Virus record (IMG/VR): IMGVR_UViG_2568526092_000002
Location: 1 to 64,000 of that record
Source: a virus
Lineage: Duplodnaviria; Caudoviricetes
Reading direction: 5' to 3' (one strand)
DNA: 64,000 nt
A program made the translations under genes and the position numbers. Below the pieces are notes generated by a model, which did no database searches, had not been told where the DNA came from, and saw only the letters and a list, made by a program, of their open reading frames with translations. Below are positions 18,525-27,825 of the stretch, piece by piece; position 1 is the first letter of the stretch, and each line of letters starts with the position of its first letter.

Positions 18525-19181
18525 TTAGAATGGAAGTTTGCGTTGTGTTGCAGGTACTCCTTGTTGCTCATAGGCTGGCTGAACACCTTGTGGTGCATGA
18601 TTATAAACGTTAGATTGAGTCTGGGCACCTGCTACTAACGCTTGCATGAAATCTGCAATATCGTCTGGGCTATGTGGTGTAACTTGCGGTGTAATATCAG
18701 GCATCTGGTCGATTAATTCTTGCGTCGGGAAGTCCAGAACAGGTTTTCCAGCTTCAGGGTTTGTCACATAGCGGCGGGCACTATAGGCAGTGTCGGAAGC
18801 ACCTCTACCAGTGCGGTAAAGGGTTACGAAGTTCTTAGTAGGGTCGCACTCGTCAAGATTGAATTCTTGGTTCAACTTTTGAACATGAGACTTAGCCAAA
18901 GAGACGAATTTGACTCTCTTCTCTATAGGGTCATACACACGGAACTTAATCCGCAATGCAGGATATTTAAAAGGGTTTGCTTTGCAAAGTGGGCAAATGT
19001 CTTTGCCGGGGCAACGAATGTATTTAGGTGTCAGACCGGATTCATAGTGCTCACGGATACCGAACAGGTCTTCAAACCAGTCAATGAAGAGCATAGTCAT
19101 TGGCTTTCCTTCTTCAAAAGTAATGAATTCTGCACCGCCAGAGAGAATTGCTCCAAGACCACGAACGACTGTGTTAGACAT
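18525..19181 (-). CDS. Probable phage single-stranded DNA-binding protein
   Basis: Lies in the replication module next to polA; H..Y, CPG..CPLC zinc motif, low-complexity tail. Confidence 0.55.
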   Translation of the reverse strand: MSNTVVRGLGAILSGGAEFITFEEGKPMTMLFIDWFEDLFGIREHYESGLTPKYIRCPGKDICPLCKANPFKYPALRIKFRVYDPIEKRVKFVSLAKSHVQKLNQEFNLDECDPTKNFVTLYRTGRGASDTAYSARRYVTNPEAGKPVLDFPTQELIDQMPDITPQVTPHSPDDIADFMQALVAGAQTQSNVYNHAPQGVQPAYEQQGVPATQRKLPF

Positions 19182-19235
19182 AATGTGTTTCCTCCAATGT
19201 ATTTTGTATTTGAGGTTCGCTGACCTCTTACTATT

Positions 19236-19267
19236 AGTCGTCGTTCCATCTTTTCAAAAAGGAGCGA
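19236..19267 (-). promoter_or_regulatory. Class I phage promoter motif
   Basis: TCGCTCCT-N18-ACGACT. Confidence 0.6.
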
Positions 19268-19477
19268 ATGACTTTTCAAGAAATTGGATAGGATATATTA
19301 AAAAGCGATTTAATCTTCTTTTAATATTTCTTCCTTAATATCAGTAGTAGATGTATCTCTTTGGAAATCTGTGTCATTTGCTTCAACTACTAAAGGATTG
19401 GGTAATTAATATGATCTGTAAAATTATAGATTTGTTACAAAACCTATTTTAATTGCACTGTTTTACAACATAGTGTA

Positions 19478-19507
19478 TTGACACTACTCTAAGTGCAGTT
19501 GTAGAAT
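19478..19507 (+). promoter_or_regulatory. SigA-type promoter with palindrome over the -35, facing the ECF-like sigma gene
   Basis: TTGACA-N18-TAGAAT; palindrome TAGTGT-ATTG-ACACTA at 19471-19486. Confidence 0.45.
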
Positions 19508-19671
19508 GTTTCTATGAGATATTTGAAACATATATAGGAACAGTTAAAGGTTTTTTAGGCAAAGTATGTTATACTTTAAAAGAGAGAAATACTGAAGCTA
19601 AAAACTCCCAAGACACTCTTACTAATATCTATCTATGTATGTATATCTTCTAAGGTAGGTAAATTAGGGTG

Positions 19672-20202
19672 TTACCCCTGACATAATTTTTTTAACGTTT
19701 TCATCGCACGGGAAGCATGGGACTTGTTCAAGCCAAGTAAGTTAGAAATCTCTGTTGGCTTCATATCTATCCCTTCCTCTGTGAAGAGCATGAAATCAAT
19801 GATTCGACGTTGTTGCGGTGTAAACATACAGAGGTTGTTCAAGTAATCAGTTTTTACGTCAGACAGTCCATAGCCTATCTCTTCAGTTGCGTACGAGAAG
19901 TAATCGATAGTTGAACCATATTCTTCATCTGCCCCATCGCAAAAATTAACAGAGGTGCTGTTTTTGCTAATCATACGGTTGTTTTTGCGGTAGTAGTCAA
20001 ATACTGCACGTTGAACGACAGTATGAGAGAATGTGAAGATATCTTTCTTAACTTGTCCTTTGTCGATGGCTGTAAGAATACGAAGCACAGCTTCTGATTG
20101 AACTTCTTCACGGTCTTCACTTCTCACGCCTTTCAGTATAAATTTGAAGATAGGTGTTAAGGACTCGATATCGAAGTTCGATATCGTTGTTTGAGTTGTC
20201 AT
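19672..20202 (-). CDS. Phage sigma factor, ECF-like (regions 2 and 4 only)
   Basis: EDREEVQSEAVLRIL...FTFSHTVVQRAVFDYYRK; region 4 FTPQQRRII...KPTEISNLLGLNKSHASRAMKTL. Confidence 0.85.
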   Translation of the reverse strand: MTTQTTISNFDIESLTPIFKFILKGVRSEDREEVQSEAVLRILTAIDKGQVKKDIFTFSHTVVQRAVFDYYRKNNRMISKNSTSVNFCDGADEEYGSTIDYFSYATEEIGYGLSDVKTDYLNNLCMFTPQQRRIIDFMLFTEEGIDMKPTEISNLLGLNKSHASRAMKTLKKLCQG

Positions 20203-20252
20203 AGTTAATATTCCTCCAATGGTTTCATGTGTAATGTGTTGCCAGTAATATC

Positions 20253-20284
20253 AGAGGTCGTTGCTTCGTTTGAGTAAGATGCGA
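20253..20284 (-). promoter_or_regulatory. Class I phage promoter motif
   Basis: TCGCATCT-N18-ACCTCT. Confidence 0.65.
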
Positions 20285-20306
20285 CTAAATTTGAATAGAA
20301 TTTTGC

Positions 20307-21395
20307 TTACTGGAACATTGACCCGATTAGGTTCACGTTGTAGGTGTCGAGACGGTCTAGTAAACAAGCATTAAGCAGTTCATTGCTGTCTTTGAGCGCA
20401 GGAAAGCTAGGGTAGCGTACACGGTTCACAACGAACCCTGCCCTATCCAGTAAGATTGCGGCGTCTTGCATTCCCTTCTCGCCCGCTTTATCGTTGTCTA
20501 GCATCAAATCAATTTCCTCGATGCCAGCCAACTGCAACTCCCGAATTTGATTCCTGAAAAGAATACGTCCGTTAATCGAGATTGCGGGGATATCCACCTG
20601 ATAGTTGGACATACAGTCAATAGGTGATTCGACCATCCTGACTCGCCTAATTCGGTGTTTCGTGGTTCTAAGTGTGTTAATGAAATGGAGACCAAAAATA
20701 ATATCTTTCTTTATCGCGCTGCCTTCATTAATGAACTTAGTACCGTGATAGCTGTTGCCTATCTTTCTCTTCTGCACAAAACGGAGTTCTCCGGATCTCG
20801 TCCTCTGAGGGAATACAATTGTCGCAGTTGCAGTGTCAACACAGATTTCGTAGGTTTCGAGGGTTCTGTCGTTAAATCCCCTAGAACGCATGTAATTTAT
20901 GCCAGTCTGATAGAGTAGTTCATTACTAGCCCTCGAATCTTTCATGCTAGTAAGAACGCTCTCTTCAAGATGGGGAATAACGTACTTGTTCCTGCGATTA
21001 TCTATGAAGTCAACCATATCGAACGTTCTTCGTTTTTCTTCCTCGATGATATAGGTAGAAAGCAAAACTTTAATGCCCTCTCCTTCATTCAGGTCAAGAG
21101 CGTTCTCTATTAAAGTGTCTATTGTTCCTAAGTAGCCACAAAAAAAGCAGTTACAGTGATAGGGCGGTTCTTTAGAGATGCCAAAAGATGCCCTTGTTTC
21201 GGAATGTAATGGACAGCAACTCATGACCCATCCCCCCGTATCATTCAGTCCTGTGAATGCTTTAGGGTTACTTAGAACCTTCGAGAGATGCTGATACGAG
21301 AACCTGAGTTCATCTGTCAACTCTTCAGGATCAATGTACAAGGATTCAAGAATCTCAATATTGGGATCCTCTTGTTTGAGAGAGAGATTAATCAC
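20307..21395 (-). CDS. dnaG: DNA primase (zinc finger + TOPRIM)
   Basis: CCPLHSET...CNCFFC zinc finger; VESPID and LDNDKAGEKG TOPRIM motifs. Confidence 0.9.
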   Translation of the reverse strand: MINLSLKQEDPNIEILESLYIDPEELTDELRFSYQHLSKVLSNPKAFTGLNDTGGWVMSCCPLHSETRASFGISKEPPYHCNCFFCGYLGTIDTLIENALDLNEGEGIKVLLSTYIIEEEKRRTFDMVDFIDNRRNKYVIPHLEESVLTSMKDSRASNELLYQTGINYMRSRGFNDRTLETYEICVDTATATIVFPQRTRSGELRFVQKRKIGNSYHGTKFINEGSAIKKDIIFGLHFINTLRTTKHRIRRVRMVESPIDCMSNYQVDIPAISINGRILFRNQIRELQLAGIEEIDLMLDNDKAGEKGMQDAAILLDRAGFVVNRVRYPSFPALKDSNELLNACLLDRLDTYNVNLIGSMFQ

Positions 21396-21567
21396 TTCCC
21401 TTTCCCCCTATCTGGGCGAAACCGGGAGAGTGGATTTCTATCTCGTCCTCATGAACATCGACGTGAACGTTGAAAAAGTTAGGGAAGTATTGGCAGTGAG
21501 CCGTTAACTCCTTACTCTCCTTATACGCTTCTAAGCTGATAGAGTTAAGGTACAGTTGTACCCACAT
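21388..21567 (-). CDS. Small hypothetical protein (59 aa, missed by ORF track)
   Basis: RBS GGAGGG + ATG: MWVQLYLNSISLEAYKESKELTAHCQYFPNFFNVHVDVHEDEIEIHSPGFAQIGGKGSD*; fills the helicase-primase gap and overlaps the primase GTG. Confidence 0.6.
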   Translation of the reverse strand: MWVQLYLNSISLEAYKESKELTAHCQYFPNFFNVHVDVHEDEIEIHSPGFAQIGGKGSD

Positions 21568-21586
21568 GGGCTAGTCCCTCCCTCTC

Positions 21587-22870
21587 TTAGAAGTATTGTT
21601 CGTTAATGGAATCATCCAGGAGAGAGACGATACCAGAGTCGAAGTCGTAGCGCACAAGGAACGATTGTCCGCTTGCATTTTCACGATTTTTTATGACCAA
21701 GATTCTAAAGGTGTTGTCACTCACTTTTACGATAGAGATGCCCTTTGAAGCATCCTGTACGATGGCGAAGGTTTCCCCAATATCTCCAGCATCAACGTTC
21801 TCCGTAATGTCCTTCTTTACTTTCTTAAGGGCATCGCGGTTCGCTTGAGCGACAACTATTGCGGGCTTACCAGTATCGAGAATTAAGTCTCGAACTCCTG
21901 CCGAAACATCATACAGGCGCTGTCTAAGGTCGCCGCTCCCCCGTGAGGGAAGTCGTAACTTTGATAATTGGTCGAGTGTCCAACGATTGTGTCCTTCTCG
22001 TTCGAGTATCCGGTGGATTTCGTCGAGCGTGTAAGGTTTGCCTCCATTACTCTTAAGGTCGTAAATTACCATGTCTTTCTTCTTCTGCTTAAGGCGGTCA
22101 ATAAACTCCGCATAAGCATCTCTCTTTTCGTTAGAGAGCGTACCGCGTGTTAGAGCAAGCCGTGACACTTTGGCAAGTGTATTGTCCCAGTTATGGGCAA
22201 TTTCTGACGCTCTTTGCTCCAAGGCGAAGTAGGCTGGATAGTCATCATCTAATGTACTGTTCCATGCCGCTGACATCATAAAGGATGATATGAGGGTCTT
22301 CCCCATGTTTGTTGGCGCAAACACGAGAAAGTAATCGACCGCCCCATCTGTGTATTCAAGTCCGTTGGTCGCTAAATCTAGCGGCTTGAATCCAGTAGTC
22401 ATTCCTATGATTTCATCTTTTGCCCTACCGTGGATTTTGTCATAAGCATCGAGACGTTGTTGAGCATTTTCGATGTAGGAGTAGCCCTGACCCCTTAAGC
22501 CGATAGACTTCAGAAATCTTCCTGCTTCCATCTGAAGTTGCTGAATAGCCGCTGTCGTTTCCTTTTTGGCGAAAGTCTCCGAAGCAGATACCAGTATCGG
22601 TTTGAACTCCCTATAAAGAAAGTCCTCCCTCACCGCTCGCACAACGTGGTCGATGTTCTCCAATTCCACCAACTCAAACGTATCAAACTTGTTCATTACC
22701 GTTTCTATTGTTGGCAAGTATCCGTTTTTCTTTTTGAAGCCTTTGACGTACTCGAAGGTTTCTTTGTGTACCTGAAAGTAGTCCTCAGTAATACCTGCAT
22801 CCTCGACAACGCCCCACTCTTTAACGTTTAGGATGTGGTTGAGTAGCTGAAGTTCTTCGATTGCCGCCAT
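21587..22870 (-). CDS. dnaB: Replicative SF4 (DnaB-like) helicase
   Basis: MTTGFKPLD, Walker A APTNMGKT, LEQ, LDQL, VVAQANR, VIKNRE. Confidence 0.92.
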   Translation of the reverse strand: MAAIEELQLLNHILNVKEWGVVEDAGITEDYFQVHKETFEYVKGFKKKNGYLPTIETVMNKFDTFELVELENIDHVVRAVREDFLYREFKPILVSASETFAKKETTAAIQQLQMEAGRFLKSIGLRGQGYSYIENAQQRLDAYDKIHGRAKDEIIGMTTGFKPLDLATNGLEYTDGAVDYFLVFAPTNMGKTLISSFMMSAAWNSTLDDDYPAYFALEQRASEIAHNWDNTLAKVSRLALTRGTLSNEKRDAYAEFIDRLKQKKKDMVIYDLKSNGGKPYTLDEIHRILEREGHNRWTLDQLSKLRLPSRGSGDLRQRLYDVSAGVRDLILDTGKPAIVVAQANRDALKKVKKDITENVDAGDIGETFAIVQDASKGISIVKVSDNTFRILVIKNRENASGQSFLVRYDFDSGIVSLLDDSINEQYF

Positions 22871-22902
22871 TGTGTTCCCTCCCAATTTCCGATTACACTC
22901 TT

Positions 22903-22934
22903 AGTAGTCGAGTCATCTACGGAAAAAGGTGCGG
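22903..22934 (-). promoter_or_regulatory. Class I phage promoter motif
   Basis: CCGCACCT-N18-ACTACT. Confidence 0.7.
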
Positions 22935-23119
22935 CGTGATTCCAGCTAAGGCTCTATGTGACTTCATTTCCCTCATCGATTATGTACAAGTCAGACTTGT
23001 CCTCCTGACCAATTTTCAATAACAACACCCTTTATGGGGATTTTTACCCCCCCTAATTTCAGGATAAAACATAATATTTCTTCCGCCGGAAAATTTAATC
23101 CTATATTATGGAAATAGAA

Positions 23120-23169
23120 AAGGACTCACCGAATACAATTAGAAAAGTAATTGTATTCGGTGAATCCTT
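23120..23169 (-). terminator. Long-stem intrinsic terminator
   Basis: 22-bp near-perfect stem AAGGACTCACCGAATACAATTA / TAATTGTATTCGGTGAATCCTT with T-run on the minus strand. Confidence 0.7.
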
Positions 23170-23398
23170 ACGGGTTTTCATGTAGCGACAGTGCTTGAGG
23201 TAGGTCATGCGATCAGCGCAACTAAGTTGTCTGATAAATGCTCCTTTGGGCTGTTTTCGCTTGCCTCTCTAAGTTCGTATCGAGCTGTTATGAGCTGTAT
23301 CACAACATATATAGAGTCTCTTTCAACTATGTTGTTCACAAATAGCTCGACAATAGGTAAATCTTCACTAAACACGTCAACAAACGCTCCACTTAAAT

Positions 23399-24175
23399 TT
23401 AGTATTTGTAGGTATTATCTTCTCTTCTGTCTCTGCCGCCCAATGGAATGACCATCGTATTGTAAAGCATTCGAGATACAACCATGTCTCCAAGCATGTC
23501 ATCTTGACGTAATATTGAATCAGGGAAATTGCTTGTAAAGATTGTACTTTTCTGTGCTTCTTTACGGAAGTCAATAACATCATAGATAAGGTCTCGAATG
23601 ATTGGGGTGATTCGACCGCTCCCGATATCATCTAGTATTAGTAGCGGAACGTCATTCATGTGGTTGAGTTCTCGGTGGGCTTCGTAGGTAAACTTCTCGT
23701 CACTACGAGTGTAAATATCCCGCTGACGGTTAGCCCAAGCTCCAAATTTTACATACATTCCCACAGGGGTTTCATAATCAAACCATTGTGGGTCACGACA
23801 AACTTTGTAAATAAATTCATTAAGAACGGCATTGGCTGTCCATGATTTACCTGTACCTTTGCCCCTGTTAATCAAGGCAAGGTTCGTACCTGAAGTGACA
23901 AAGCCTACTGAATTAGATAGCAAGTCCTTCAGGATGGTTGCAAAGTCAGCGTTGTCCGCATCCTCAACGTAGTTGTGCAGGTTGGCAGTACGGTACTCCT
24001 TGGGGATTTTAGCCAAGCCGATAGCCTTTTCCAGTTTATCGTAGCCCACACAATAGGTGAGCGTATGCTCGGGCGGCAACTTCACTTCACCGCTACGAAG
24101 TTTGCACCAGTCCTTTACCACACAGGTTTCACATGTGCTAAACAGTTCTGTCTTTGTTTCAGTCAATATACTCAT
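23399..24175 (-). CDS. DnaC/IstB-like AAA+ helicase loader
   Basis: N-terminal Cys cluster; IPKEY..A; Walker A GKGTGKS; Walker B LLILDDIG; FTSN; VSRM. Confidence 0.88.
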   Translation of the reverse strand: MSILTETKTELFSTCETCVVKDWCKLRSGEVKLPPEHTLTYCVGYDKLEKAIGLAKIPKEYRTANLHNYVEDADNADFATILKDLLSNSVGFVTSGTNLALINRGKGTGKSWTANAVLNEFIYKVCRDPQWFDYETPVGMYVKFGAWANRQRDIYTRSDEKFTYEAHRELNHMNDVPLLILDDIGSGRITPIIRDLIYDVIDFRKEAQKSTIFTSNFPDSILRQDDMLGDMVVSRMLYNTMVIPLGGRDRREDNTYKY

Positions 24176-25257
24176 TAGTTACCTCCTTTAATCCTCTTCA
24201 GGAAGTCTTCAGCAGACATGCCGCTCTTTGTCTGTACGGTAGTCTCAACCATTTCCTTCTTCTCTTGCGCCGCGATATAGAACGGTTTCTTGCCTTTCTC
24301 GACGAACAAATCAATCTCTGCCGCCCGTCCTGAGGTACAGAACCACTCAAGGGATTGATTGTCGTATCCAATTTGGAAAAAGGCATTAATTCTTAGCTTA
24401 ATTAGCGCCTTGTTGCCGTCAACATTCTTGAGCAAGCGCCCAATCATTCCACGGTGTTTACTTCGGGCGGTTTCGTGTGTTCTGCCTGTAGCGTCAATAA
24501 ACTTCTCGTAGAAGTATTGAACGAAGTTGTCGTTCTTCCATCGATCAATGTCATCAGGCAGGGAGAACCTGCTTTTCCCTTCCCCAAAGTTGCCCGCTTT
24601 TTCAACATTGCCACCTAGAACGTTTCTCATTACTTCCTTTGTCGCAGGTTGGTCGGAGATATCAGGCTTCGCCTTTCCAGCGTACGGTGGGTTGAACATA
24701 TCGTCACCTTCCTTCTTCACCCTGCTTAAAAGGGTCTCACGTATATGTGATTCAGTCTCAGCATCGACAGGAATCTCCCGAAAGATGATTCCCTCTTTGT
24801 CAAGCTTCTCAAGCATCTTAATGAAGCATTCGTATACATCTTCGTATAGGCATACCTCAACTTCTTTGTACACGGAATTTACAGTCCGCCAGAACATTTC
24901 GGATACATGTAGATGGTCAATCTTGTCTATGTCCATCAGATAGTAGGAGTTCGTCTTCCGATTACCGTTACGTTCCTTCAGGATGAACCCCTTCTCGCAG
25001 AGTTCGTCAATGTACTTGATTGCCGTTTTCTTGGTGCAGTTGCAAGCCATAGCAATTCGTGATACGGCAGGAAATGCTTCTCTTCCGTTCTCAAAAACGT
25101 ACTTGGATATCACGCCGTAGGCTATCTTAGACGTGTCCGATAATTCCAAACAAGAAACCACCATGTTCGGCAGTTGCACATGCCCTCTGTTTTCAGAGTC
25201 ACGGTAAACGAATTGCTTTTCGCTAGATACTATCACTTGTCCTTTGTATTGCCCCAT
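24175..25257 (-). CDS. Replication initiator, N-terminal wHTH
   Basis: AFPAVSRIAMACNCTKKTAIKYIDELCEKGFI...N.Y (typical phage initiator wHTH), upstream of the loader; start MGQYKG at 25257. Confidence 0.8.
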   Translation of the reverse strand: MGQYKGQVIVSSEKQFVYRDSENRGHVQLPNMVVSCLELSDTSKIAYGVISKYVFENGREAFPAVSRIAMACNCTKKTAIKYIDELCEKGFILKERNGNRKTNSYYLMDIDKIDHLHVSEMFWRTVNSVYKEVEVCLYEDVYECFIKMLEKLDKEGIIFREIPVDAETESHIRETLLSRVKKEGDDMFNPPYAGKAKPDISDQPATKEVMRNVLGGNVEKAGNFGEGKSRFSLPDDIDRWKNDNFVQYFYEKFIDATGRTHETARSKHRGMIGRLLKNVDGNKALIKLRINAFFQIGYDNQSLEWFCTSGRAAEIDLFVEKGKKPFYIAAQEKKEMVETTVQTKSGMSAEDFLKRIKGGN

Positions 25258-25266
25258 TGTTAAATC

Positions 25267-25452
25267 ATCTCCCTGCTCTAAGTGGTCGGCGCAAGTATTA
25301 ACAAAGTTGCGGGAGATGTTACGTCCAGCCCCTTCCCTGAAGGACTTCGGCGGGCGACCCTTAGGCGTAAACTTGCTGATAATACTTGTGGTATTCAGTA
25401 ATAAGATTGGACATATTGACCGTCTCACCTGGCTTCCTTTAGAGCAGGGGAT
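25267..25452 (-). ncRNA. Candidate structured RNA (~185 nt) in the leader of the initiator gene
   Basis: 11-bp closing IR CCCTGCTCTAA/TTAGAGCAGGG, inner 9-bp CAAGTATTA/TAATACTTG and further stems; family unassigned. Confidence 0.45.
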
Positions 25453-25542
25453 GTCACGTTGTTCACGTGTATGACTCCGTTGATAGCACAGTGGATTAGG
25501 CATATAGCTGTATGTCGCATATGTCTCAACCCCTCTGTTATC

Positions 25543-25574
25543 AATAGTCGATCTATCTATGGAAAAAGATGTTC
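25543..25574 (-). promoter_or_regulatory. Class I phage promoter motif
   Basis: GAACATCT-N18-ACTATT. Confidence 0.55.
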
Positions 25575-25593
25575 GCTCGAAGGCGGGACTTTA

Positions 25594-25985
25594 TTAACCG
25601 ATTACGTGTACTCCTATTGCTCGAAGTTCTTTAATGAATTTGGAGTACGTTGTGTTAGTGAAGGTAAAGAGTTCGGTCGCCTTCTTGATTTCCTCGTTGG
25701 TCAGGTCTCGAAGGTTGCCTTCGCTGTCGCCCATGCTTACAAAGATCTGTCCAGCCAGGACTTCGACCTTTTGCCGTCTTCGTCGTACAGTGGGCGGTTG
25801 AGCATTAGCCCGTCCAGCTTTCCATTTTCATTGCAGAAGATATCGAAGTCGTGATAACGAACCAACTCGATGTACCCGCCGGGAATCGCTTGCAGTTCAC
25901 TTAGTTCGTTCTTGATCGTCTTCACGTATGAGTGAACCTTATCCGGTGCGACCACCACCATCCTGATTAAATGTTGCTTTGCCAT
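25594..25985 (-). pseudogene. DUF3846-like protein, frameshifted
   Basis: ELQAIPGGYIELV...CNENGKLDGLMLNR. A missing A in GGCAAAAGGTC (~25772); the -1 frame continues VEVLAGQIFVSMGDSEGNLRDLTNEEI...VIG*. Confidence 0.7.
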
Positions 25986-26062
25986 GTACCCATTTCTTTC
26001 GCAAGCTCTTTAACACTGGGTATACCGTTCTCCTCCAGACGATACAAAGAGATCTGCCAATC

Positions 26063-26365
26063 CTATTCCCTTTTAATTCCTAGTTTCTTCAGCCAATCAC
26101 TCAGATAGTTAGCCCCACGGGACGCTAGTAAGCCAGCGGCTACTGTAGATGAGTATGCGGCAATTCCGGTAAGTCCGAATGGATTAAGTCCGAATGCAAA
26201 TGCCAGTCCTACGCCTACTATAATAGAAACTGCATACGTGCCTGTATCCTTAATAGGCATTACTTTCTTGATGACTTCCGTGATTGCTTCTGTTAAGCCC
26301 GCCACAAGCATCCACAGACCGATTGCACCTACTGCTGTAGCCAATACTTCAGTTAAAGTTACCAT
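26063..26365 (-). CDS. Holin-like membrane protein
   Basis: 100 aa, about 3 hydrophobic segments, ends SRGANYLSDWLKKL; directly after the amidase. Confidence 0.75.
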   Translation of the reverse strand: MVTLTEVLATAVGAIGLWMLVAGLTEAITEVIKKVMPIKDTGTYAVSIIVGVGLAFAFGLNPFGLTGIAAYSSTVAAGLLASRGANYLSDWLKKLGIKRE

Positions 26366-27144
26366 TATTTCTTCACCGCCCTAGCAATTAGGATTGTGTT
26401 CAGGAACGCCAGTTCAGAAGCAGTCAGCGTACCATTCTTGGCTTTGGTAATCCAAGCTTCGTCCGTAAAGAACCCTTTATCCTTAAAGTCTGTCAGGTTC
26501 TTTACAAGCATGTCTAATGCCCACTTATCAAGCTTCATAGGTTCATCGTCCTCCGATACTTCAGTTTTAGTTGGTGATTCAGGCGTACTGCAATTCTTCA
26601 GTTCAGCCGCCACATCGTTTAGGAATTGAGCCTTACTGATTCCCATAATTTTCAAAGCGTTCTTGTACGGGTCGGACTTGCGGTTCGGATCAAGCTCATT
26701 GTGGCCTGAAATCCGCTTCAAGGGATTCAATCCGTACTTGTTACATAGATACGCCATATACCACACGTACCGTTTGTAAGCTTCTTGATTATTAATGCTC
26801 CCCTTCTTATTGGAGTAACACAGTTCTGCGCCGATTGCGTGGTCATTGGAGTCAAAGCCGTAAAGGTCATTGTCTGTAGTGACGTTATACAACACGTGCC
26901 AAGCCTTCTCAGTGAGTGGCACACACTCAATGATGACCTCATCATCAATAAAGGTATGCGCAGAAGCACTCTCGACGTTGGCAGAGTTCGTATAGTAGTT
27001 CACGTTACCCACCGCTGTACTGCCGTCATTGCCCGTGTCATGAGCCACGATAAATACAATTCCTCGGTTCTTTAGGCCGGAACGTCTCTTCGTATTGACT
27101 GGTATGTATTTCTGTACAATGGAATACTTCATCTTGAAAGCCAT
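26365..27144 (-). CDS. Endolysin, N-acetylmuramoyl-L-alanine amidase (Amidase_2)
   Basis: VAHDTGN, SAHTFID, EKAWH, GHNELDP..KSDP motifs plus a C-terminal putative binding domain. Confidence 0.92.
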   Translation of the reverse strand: MAFKMKYSIVQKYIPVNTKRRSGLKNRGIVFIVAHDTGNDGSTAVGNVNYYTNSANVESASAHTFIDDEVIIECVPLTEKAWHVLYNVTTDNDLYGFDSNDHAIGAELCYSNKKGSINNQEAYKRYVWYMAYLCNKYGLNPLKRISGHNELDPNRKSDPYKNALKIMGISKAQFLNDVAAELKNCSTPESPTKTEVSEDDEPMKLDKWALDMLVKNLTDFKDKGFFTDEAWITKAKNGTLTASELAFLNTILIARAVKK

Positions 27145-27161
27145 CTAGTTCACCCTTTCTA

Positions 27162-27503
27162 TTAAATCTTTGGGGTGCTATCCCCTACCTTTTCCTCCGC
27201 GATACTATAGACACTTTCTACTTGAGAATTACCAGGAACGGTCATGGTAGTTTCTGTATTGGTAGTTTTGAACTCCCTCACTGTCTGTACTGCGAATACC
27301 CCGCCCACGATGGTCATAACGACAGGGCTAAGGCTTCCTATCATCTCAATCGAGACGGAGCTGACCGCTACCCCGAAGAAAGGTGCAAAGAATATAATCA
27401 GCAGGAACAGTGCAAACAGACCGCCAAACAGTACCATTAGAAAATCCTTAGCGGAGAAGCCGTCATTGTCGTTCCAGAATGCGTTCTTCACAAACTTCAC
27501 CAT
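27162..27503 (-). CDS. Two-TM membrane protein in the lysis cassette
   Basis: Two hydrophobic helices, hydrophilic tail. Confidence 0.65.
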   Translation of the reverse strand: MVKFVKNAFWNDNDGFSAKDFLMVLFGGLFALFLLIIFFAPFFGVAVSSVSIEMIGSLSPVVMTIVGGVFAVQTVREFKTTNTETTMTVPGNSQVESVYSIAEEKVGDSTPKI

Positions 27504-27504
27504 C

Positions 27505-27825
27505 TTAGCGCACGTCTCCCCTCCGTCTTGAGAGTTGAGCCACTAATTGCTCTACCTTGATATTCAGCAGCCTGTTCTCACTAATCAGTTCCATGTTTTC
27601 CTGACGAAGCGTGATGACTTCGTTGCTTAGTCTCTCAATCTTTTCTTCCGAAGCTGTGAGACGTTCAATCAACCTTTCACGGAAGGCCTGCTCGTCCTTG
27701 GAGAGCAATTCTCTATCCGTTACCTTGTTATTGTTTTTGCCGCTGGCGTAGCCGATTACACCGGATACAGCAGTACCAACGAGGCCAACGATTGCTGTAA
27801 TTACACCTACGTCCATATCTATCAC
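27505..27825 (-). CDS. N-terminal TM + coiled-coil lysis accessory (holin/XhlA-like)
   Basis: VITAIVGLVGTAVSGVIGY followed by a heptad-rich segment. Confidence 0.6.
   Translation of the reverse strand: MIDMDVGVITAIVGLVGTAVSGVIGYASGKNNNKVTDRELLSKDEQAFRERLIERLTASEEKIERLSNEVITLRQENMELISENRLLNIKVEQLVAQLSRRRGDVR

Noticed and set aside
19340-19375. Class I-like -10 (ACTACT) at ~19343
   Set aside because: No matching -35 at the 18-bp spacing.
15827-22870. Inteins or group I introns in polA/helicase/primase
   Set aside because: The ORFs are continuous, the inserts are short and lack intein or homing-endonuclease motifs.
25267-25452. Cobalamin-riboswitch-like words (AGGAAGCCAGGTG, GGGAAGG, CCCGCAACT)
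   Set aside because: Order and spacing do not fit the B12 element, and the downstream gene is a replication initiator.
24175-25503. ORF-track start at 25503 for the initiator
   Set aside because: No RBS there, and the extension overlaps the structured element; ATG 25257 has a GGGAG RBS.
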